Shown piece by piece: positions 58,205-64,000 of a DNA stretch of 64,000 nucleotides. A program made the translations under genes and the position numbers. The notes under the pieces were generated by a model, which saw nothing but the letters and a program-made list of their open reading frames with translations, did not search any database and had not been told where the DNA came from. Within the stretch, counting starts at the first letter, position 1. The number at the start of each line of letters is the position of its first letter. Origin of the DNA: Pedobacter sp. (GTDB taxonomy: Bacteria > Desulfobacterota > Desulfuromonadia > Desulfuromonadales > Syntrophotaleaceae); the NCBI GenBank assembly GCA_050253415.1, contig JBFWJC010000001.1, positions 1,608,679 to 1,672,678 on the forward strand, given 5' to 3'.

Positions 58205-59626
58205 ATGCATGGTATCAAGTTTGGAACCTCCGGTTGGCGAGGCATTTTTTGCGAGGACTTCACTCTCGACAACGTTCGGGTGGTTACCCAGGCCATAGCC
58301 GATCACCTGCGTTCCAAAGGCTTGCACCAACGTGGGGTGGTGATAGGGCACGACAGTCGTTTCCTTGGCGAAAAATTCGCTCGTGAAACCGCCAGTGTGC
58401 TTGCGGGCGACGGTATCCCCTCATTCCTTTGCAACCGGGATACCCCAACCCCGGTTATTGCTTTTGAAATTTTACGACGGGATGCGGCCGGTGGCATCAA
58501 TTTTACTGCCAGCCACAATCCTGCAGATTACAATGGCATGAAGTTTTCGCCCGCATCAGGGGGGCCTGCGCTGCCCGAAGTAACAGACGATATCGAGAGG
58601 CGCGCCAACGCCATGCTCGGTGAAATATGTTATCGCGCCATGCCTCTGGATGAGGCCTTTCAAAGTGGCCTGGTAGAGGAATTCGATCCTCAGCCAAAAT
58701 ACGAAAAAGCCATTGAAAAACTGGTAGATTTGCAAGTGATCGGGCGTGCCGGGATCACCATTGCCGTGAATCCCCTGTATGGTACCGCTCGTGGATATCT
58801 CGATAAAATGTTGCGGGAAGCTGGTGCCCGGGTAGTGTGCATCAACGATTATAGGGATCCTTATTTTGGTGGTTTCCCACCTGAGCCGGCGCAGAACTAC
58901 GTTGGGGATTTTATCGATCTGGTAAAAAAAGATCAGGCCATCTCTTTAGGTCTTGCTACCGATGGCGACGCTGACCGCTATGGTCTTCTCGATTATGATG
59001 GCACCTTTATCGAACCTAATTATTTTCTTGCGCTGTTGTACGATTACCTTATTCGGGTGCGTGATGTCAAAGGCGATGCGGCGCGCTCTGTGGCGACCTC
59101 TCATTTTATTGATGCTGTGGCCAGTTACCATGGGCAACAGGTACATGAAACGCCGGTTGGGTTCAAATATATCGGCGAACTCATAAGCGCTGGCAATGTC
59201 TTGCTGGGCGGTGAGGAGAGCGCTGGCCTTACAATCGCCGGGCATGTGCCTGAAAAGGATGGTATCCTGGCTTGTCTTCTGGCGGCGGAAATGGTGGCTG
59301 TGACGGGCAAACCGCTTGGCGCCCAATTACAGGATCTTTATAACCGCGTTGGAAGTTTTTATACGCGGCGTAAGAACATTCGTCTTTCCGCTGGGTTTGA
59401 GGATCAGTTTACGCGAAAAATGAACAACCCTCCTGAAGCCATCGGTGGATGGAAGGTGACGGATATTGTTACCATCGATGGTTGGAAATTTTTTCTGGAA
59501 AACGATGCCTGGATGTTATTACGCAAATCGGGTACCGAGCCCGTTGTGCGGCTTTATTGTGAAGCACGTAGCGAAAAAGATCTTGAGCATTTGGTTGAAG
59601 CCGGCAAAGCTTTTATCACCGGCTGA
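58205..59626 (+). CDS. Phosphoglucomutase/phosphomannomutase
   Basis: FGTSGWRG, TASHNP, DGDADR, VGFKYI, GEESAG, RKSGTEP. Confidence 0.95.
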   Translation: MHGIKFGTSGWRGIFCEDFTLDNVRVVTQAIADHLRSKGLHQRGVVIGHDSRFLGEKFARETASVLAGDGIPSFLCNRDTPTPVIAFEILRRDAAGGINFTASHNPADYNGMKFSPASGGPALPEVTDDIERRANAMLGEICYRAMPLDEAFQSGLVEEFDPQPKYEKAIEKLVDLQVIGRAGITIAVNPLYGTARGYLDKMLREAGARVVCINDYRDPYFGGFPPEPAQNYVGDFIDLVKKDQAISLGLATDGDADRYGLLDYDGTFIEPNYFLALLYDYLIRVRDVKGDAARSVATSHFIDAVASYHGQQVHETPVGFKYIGELISAGNVLLGGEESAGLTIAGHVPEKDGILACLLAAEMVAVTGKPLGAQLQDLYNRVGSFYTRRKNIRLSAGFEDQFTRKMNNPPEAIGGWKVTDIVTIDGWKFFLENDAWMLLRKSGTEPVVRLYCEARSEKDLEHLVEAGKAFITG

Positions 59627-59655
59627 GTCTGGTTAAAAATGGAAGGATAACAGAC

Positions 59656-60153
59656 ATGGCGGATACTCGCCGATATTGGTTGATGAAATCCGAACCCGGG
59701 TGTTTCTCTATCGATGATCTTGAACATTGTCCGGGTGGTATTTCTGCTTGGGACGGGGTGCGAAACTATCAGGCGCGAAATTTTCTTCGGGATGAGATCC
59801 AGGTTGGGGACGGGGTGCTTTTTTACCACAGCAATATTTCTGAGCCTGCCATTGTCGGTGTGGCGCGGGTTGTGCGTTCCGGCTACCCCGACTATACCGC
59901 TTGGGATCCCCGGTCGGATCATTTTGATCCTCGCAGCAGTGAAGCCAATCCCATTTGGTATATGGTTGATGTGCAGTACCTTGCCCACCTTTCAGCACCT
60001 TTGAGCCGTGATCTTCTCAGGCACCATCCGCAATTGTCGCAGATGGATGTATTGAAGCGAGGTAGCCGGTTGTCCGTTCAGCCGGTTAGCGCCAGCCAAT
60101 GGCGGGATGTGCTTCTGGCCGGTGGCTTGGCTGATCTTGTTGATGAAGGTTAA
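59656..60153 (+). CDS. EVE domain protein
   Basis: YWLMKSEP..FSIDDL, WDGVRNYQARN, FYHS, RLSVQPV. Confidence 0.93.
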   Translation: MADTRRYWLMKSEPGCFSIDDLEHCPGGISAWDGVRNYQARNFLRDEIQVGDGVLFYHSNISEPAIVGVARVVRSGYPDYTAWDPRSDHFDPRSSEANPIWYMVDVQYLAHLSAPLSRDLLRHHPQLSQMDVLKRGSRLSVQPVSASQWRDVLLAGGLADLVDEG

Positions 60154-60243
60154 CCATTCGGGTCTGAGTGGGGTCAAACTTTCTACGATTCAGAATAAAG
60201 CCCTAGGGCTTAATCGATCAGAGTCTTCATTTTGGGAGGATGC

Positions 60244-62670
60244 ATGAAAAAAGCGCTTCGTTACATCGGTTTCGCTTCGGGTGGTCTGGTGGTACTGCTC
60301 GTGCTGGTTCTTGTTCTGGCAAAGTTTCTCATCAATTCAGAGCAGGTGCGGAATACTGTACTCCCGATGGCCAGAGAAGCGCTGCAGCGGGATGTTGCAC
60401 TCGGTGATATCGAAATCAGCATTTTTTCCGGTATTGTTCTGCATGATCTTACCGTTATGGATAAAGACGGTACCTCTGCTTTTGTTGAAGCAGGCACGGT
60501 GGTTTTGCGTTACCGTTTTTGGCCTTTGCTGAAGCTTAAAGTGGTGGTCGATGAGGTCCGATTGGAGCAACCGGTGGTGCGGATTGTGCGAAAGGCGGAT
60601 GGTTCGTTTAATTTCAGCGATCTGTTGGAAAACAAAAAGCAGGCTGGTCCGGAGCAGGATCAGTCGGAGCCGGAGCCCGACAAGGGAAAGGCTTTCAACT
60701 TGCTGGTTTCCGAAGTGATCCTTTCTGACGGTCAGGTGCAGTTTGTCGATTACCGGGCCAACCCCGATAAGCCTTTCGCCCTTGATTTGTCGCAGCTCAA
60801 TCTGCGCGCCGAAGATATTTCAAGAGAACAGCCTTTTCCGATCAGCTTAGGAGTGCTCGTCAATCAGGCAAAACTCGACATAAACGGGCAGATTGACCCC
60901 GCCGCAGGGGGCGGCCAGGTCAAAATCCAGCTGGCCGATTTGAATCTGCCCGATTTCGCACCGTATTTTGAAAAGCAGCAACCTGGAAAAATAAAGGCAC
61001 TGAAGATCAACTGTGATCTTGATGTTGAAGGTACTGCGCAGAAGCTGCACAGCGCCGGTAGCATTATGCTTGCCGGACTTGAACTGGCGCCTTCGACTGC
61101 TTCGGGGAATCCTGTCCGCGGTCTGGATATTACTTTCGATCATGATATGCAACTTGACCGTCCCGCTGGTGTCCTGGATATAACCCGGGGGCGCCTGCTG
61201 GTCGGTGGACTGTCTGTTGATCTACAAGCACGACTCGAGCAACTCGGAGAACGTCCCGCCATAAATGGTACCGCGACAATATCCAGAATCGATCTCTCGA
61301 AGCTTTCCGAAATTCTGCCCCCGGCATTGCTGGGGAATATCCCCAACATGAAACCTGCCGGATTTGTTCATGCACGGCTCCAGCTTGAGGGGCCTCTTGC
61401 TCAGCCCAAGGCTTTGCTTAAAAAGGGAGAAGTGCGGCTTGATGGGGTACAGGTTACCGCTGGGACCTTACGTCCTCAGCTGACCGGGGACCTGACTTTA
61501 ACCAACGATACTTTGGTGGGACGTAAGCTTAATCTGGTCCTGGGGGAAGATCGCGCACTGCTCGATCTTACGGCGGAAAACCTGTTGGGCAAACCGATTC
61601 GCGTGACTTCTGGACTTACTGCAGATCGTCTCCAACTTGATAAGCTTATGGGGGGAGGGTCCGGCGACAAAGTCATAACGGATGCCAGTACGGAGACCAA
61701 GGCCAAAAAGGTGAAACGTGAACTTGGGCCCTATAATTTTCCGATTACCGCTCTTGGCACATTGCGTGTTGGGCAAGCCGTATGGCGCGGTACGCTTATT
61801 GAGGATCTGTCCGCCCGTTACCAGCTCAAGGACAATATTTTTACCCTGGAACAGTTAACCGGCAAGACGGCCGGCGGAACTTTTTCGGAAACCGCGCGCA
61901 TCGATCTTACCAAGCCGGGATTGGCTTATAAAACCCATATCCAAACCAGCGCTATCCAAGCCGATCCGCTGTTGTCCGCGTTTGTACCCAAGATGGCCGG
62001 TACGGTCTTCGGCTTGCTGAATTTGTCCGTTGATATGCAGGGGCAGGGAACGGGTCTGGAAGACCTGAAACAAAACCTCTCCGGGAGTGGGGACCTTAAA
62101 ATGGCCGATGGAAAGATTACGGGCGCCGGGTTGGTCGGAGGGCTTGCCGATTTCCTTGACCTGGAGGAATTACGCGTACTGCGGTTCTCTCAGGCCGCCG
62201 GCCAGTTGGTGATAAAAGACGGTCGTGTTCAGGTTGATGGCAATCTTGCCGGGGATCAGGTACGACTTGCTCCTACCGGTACGGTTGGTTTGGACGGTAC
62301 CCTTGATGTCGGGCTGCCGGTTCGACTGGCGCCTGCCTTGACCGCGCGTCTGGATAGCAGCAATAAGTTCAGCCGATTTTTGACCGATTCCCAAGGTTGG
62401 GGCGAATTGCCTCTTAAAGTTACCGGTACCATCAAGGCGCCAAGGTTTGCTCTCGATACCAAGGCGTTGGGGGGCAGTATTCAGCGCGGAGTACAACAAC
62501 AATTACAGAAAACCCTGCAGGAAAAACTATTTAAATCAAACAAAGAAGCCCAGACTCCGGACGCGGAAAAGGCGCAATCGGATGCATCGACCGATGAGGC
62601 TGGTACGGATAAAAAGGCTACCGAAGAAAAACTCCTGGAAGGAGTCATGAAGGGCCTTTTCGGTAAATAG
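60244..62670 (+). CDS. AsmA family protein
   Basis: N-terminal TM anchor, DGSFNFSDL, beta-rich repeats, LSGSG....DG.I.G, LPLKVTGT..P. Confidence 0.87.
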   Translation: MKKALRYIGFASGGLVVLLVLVLVLAKFLINSEQVRNTVLPMAREALQRDVALGDIEISIFSGIVLHDLTVMDKDGTSAFVEAGTVVLRYRFWPLLKLKVVVDEVRLEQPVVRIVRKADGSFNFSDLLENKKQAGPEQDQSEPEPDKGKAFNLLVSEVILSDGQVQFVDYRANPDKPFALDLSQLNLRAEDISREQPFPISLGVLVNQAKLDINGQIDPAAGGGQVKIQLADLNLPDFAPYFEKQQPGKIKALKINCDLDVEGTAQKLHSAGSIMLAGLELAPSTASGNPVRGLDITFDHDMQLDRPAGVLDITRGRLLVGGLSVDLQARLEQLGERPAINGTATISRIDLSKLSEILPPALLGNIPNMKPAGFVHARLQLEGPLAQPKALLKKGEVRLDGVQVTAGTLRPQLTGDLTLTNDTLVGRKLNLVLGEDRALLDLTAENLLGKPIRVTSGLTADRLQLDKLMGGGSGDKVITDASTETKAKKVKRELGPYNFPITALGTLRVGQAVWRGTLIEDLSARYQLKDNIFTLEQLTGKTAGGTFSETARIDLTKPGLAYKTHIQTSAIQADPLLSAFVPKMAGTVFGLLNLSVDMQGQGTGLEDLKQNLSGSGDLKMADGKITGAGLVGGLADFLDLEELRVLRFSQAAGQLVIKDGRVQVDGNLAGDQVRLAPTGTVGLDGTLDVGLPVRLAPALTARLDSSNKFSRFLTDSQGWGELPLKVTGTIKAPRFALDTKALGGSIQRGVQQQLQKTLQEKLFKSNKEAQTPDAEKAQSDASTDEAGTDKKATEEKLLEGVMKGLFGK

Positions 62671-62847
62671 TGTTCATTCGGAAACTATGGATGAACACAA
62701 GTGCAGTTTTCATATGGGAAACGAGCAAATTTTCCCAAGGTCAAGGAGATCAAGCGCTTGCACGGAGGCGTAGGTGTCTACGCCGCACACGCAAGCATGC
62801 AGATTGACGCCGAGATTGGGGAAAAGGGCCGTTTCCTGGTGAAAACT
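62670..62847. repeat. Long imperfect palindrome (REP/MITE-like or structured RNA) with a small adjacent hairpin
   Basis: Nested inverted pairs agttttca/tgaaaact, ggaaacg/cgtttcc, ttttccc/gggaaaa, tcaa/ttga, gcttgc/gcaagc, ggcgtag/ctacgcc (62705-62847); gtgttcat/atgaacac (62670-62698). Confidence 0.7.
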
Positions 62848-62866
62848 AAATAGGAGGTTTGTATTC

Positions 62867-63367
62867 GTGCGGGGCGTTGCGCATTTCAGCGGATTTGAGG
62901 CCATTCGGATGGCCATGGAAATCGAACATCGGGAACATCGGTTTTTTGTTGCCTTGGCGCGCAAAGCCAAAAGCGAGCTGCTCCGGGATGTGTTTAGCGG
63001 TATGGCGCAGGATACGATTTCATTGTTGCGCATATTGCGTATGCGTCTTCGGGATTACTCCACCGAGGGCTTTTGGGATGATGAGGAAGAGATTCTCCCT
63101 TATTTGCAGCGTTTGCCCGATGACCTGTTCAACGCTGCCATGGCCGTCAAGGAAAGGGTCGAGAGATTGTCTACGGATCGGGAAGCCCTGACCCTGGCTA
63201 TCGAGGTTGAGGAGGCTCTGGCAGGCTATTTCAAGGATACCTCGGTCAGGTCATCTCACCCGCAAGGTCGGGAGGCTTTCGAATGGCTGTCCGGGGAAAA
63301 AAAACGGCATGCGGAAGTATTGAAAAAGCGGCAACACGCCCTGGAGATCGAAGTAACCTCCGGGTGA
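62867..63367 (+). CDS. Ferritin-like/rubrerythrin-domain protein with degenerate diiron motifs
   Basis: AIRMAMEIE...F..LA, ALTLAIEVE...F..L..E...H helix-pair pattern; AGGAGG then GTG. Confidence 0.8.
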   Translation: MRGVAHFSGFEAIRMAMEIEHREHRFFVALARKAKSELLRDVFSGMAQDTISLLRILRMRLRDYSTEGFWDDEEEILPYLQRLPDDLFNAAMAVKERVERLSTDREALTLAIEVEEALAGYFKDTSVRSSHPQGREAFEWLSGEKKRHAEVLKKRQHALEIEVTSG

Positions 63368-63445
63368 TAGGTCGTTGGTCGGTGCTCTATCTTTCCGGTC
63401 AATGATCTTAATCGATTCGTTATTATACCGGAGAAGGAGAAAGTC

Positions 63446-63961
63446 ATGAATGTATTCGATTTCGCAATGCAAATGGAGACCGATGCGGAAGCTTTCTATC
63501 GGCAGCTCGCCAGTAAAAGTCCCGTTGCCGGGATAAAAAAAATTTTTACGGATCTGGCAGAAGATGAGCAAAAACATTATCAGATCTTTCGCAACCTGAA
63601 AAATGCCATGGACAACTCTGAGTCAAAGGAGTCGAGGGTACTGGATGACGCCAGGAACGTTTTTGCCGATCTGCTTGAAAAAAAGGCTGATGTCTCTGTC
63701 ATGCAGGATAACCTTGAGGGGTATCGCTATGCCATGAAGCTTGAGGCCGACGGTGCCCGTTTTTATGAGGATGCAGCACGGCGGGAAAAAGATCCGGAGA
63801 TCGCGAAACTCTTATTACGTGTTGCCGGGGAGGAGCAGAAACACTTTAACATTGTTGAAAACGTCTATCGCTATGTTAACGCACCCAATGAATATCTGGC
63901 CTGGGGCGAATTCAGCAACCTGGACGAGTTTCATGCCTTTGGTCGGGATGTTGATATATAG
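63446..63961 (+). CDS. Ferritin-like/rubrerythrin-domain protein
   Basis: AMQME..AE.FY..LA...LAEDEQKH and AMKLE....FY...EEQKH; AAGGAG RBS. Confidence 0.92.
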   Translation: MNVFDFAMQMETDAEAFYRQLASKSPVAGIKKIFTDLAEDEQKHYQIFRNLKNAMDNSESKESRVLDDARNVFADLLEKKADVSVMQDNLEGYRYAMKLEADGARFYEDAARREKDPEIAKLLLRVAGEEQKHFNIVENVYRYVNAPNEYLAWGEFSNLDEFHAFGRDVDI

Positions 63962-64000
63962 ATCGCAGGTACAGCATTTTGCGTCAAAAAATGCGGCCGG

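Overview
Core chromosomal region of a Gram-negative bacterium. Gene order and protein sequences fit a Desulfuromonadales-type deltaproteobacterium (Geobacter/Pelobacter-like); this is an inference. Bases 1-31.8 kb form a large, almost entirely + strand cell-envelope cluster: lysS end, lolC/E-lolD, bamA-skp-lpxD-fabZ-lpxA-gnnA/gnnB-like-lpxB-msbA-waaA-lpxK-ycaR-waaF-waaC, two LPS kinases, several glycosyltransferases, an ArnT-type modification cassette, an AT-rich sulfotransferase, and the ADP-heptose genes gmhA, hldE and gmhB. The rest is housekeeping: yicC-gmk-rpoZ-rel-ridA, rpmB, purM-purN-DUF523, rimI, pyrK-pyrD, a DHH/CBS tRNA nucleotidyltransferase, site-2 protease, scpAB, rluB, a TPR + ExeA pair, mutL-miaA-hfq, pgsA, PGM, EVE, AsmA and two ferritin-like genes. 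I saw no rRNA, tRNA, CRISPR array, transposase or prophage gene. Most interesting leads: (1) a deoxyhypusine-synthase-fold protein directly upstream of hldE-gmhB in a heptose locus that lacks hldD, a candidate new NAD-dependent heptose epimerase; (2) a long Rel enzyme whose (p)ppGpp hydrolase residues are degenerate; (3) an LPS-linked sulfotransferase islet; (4) a GT2-LAB_N-ArnT cassette; (5) a ~145 bp palindromic intergenic element. All calls come from reading motifs by eye; no searches were run.
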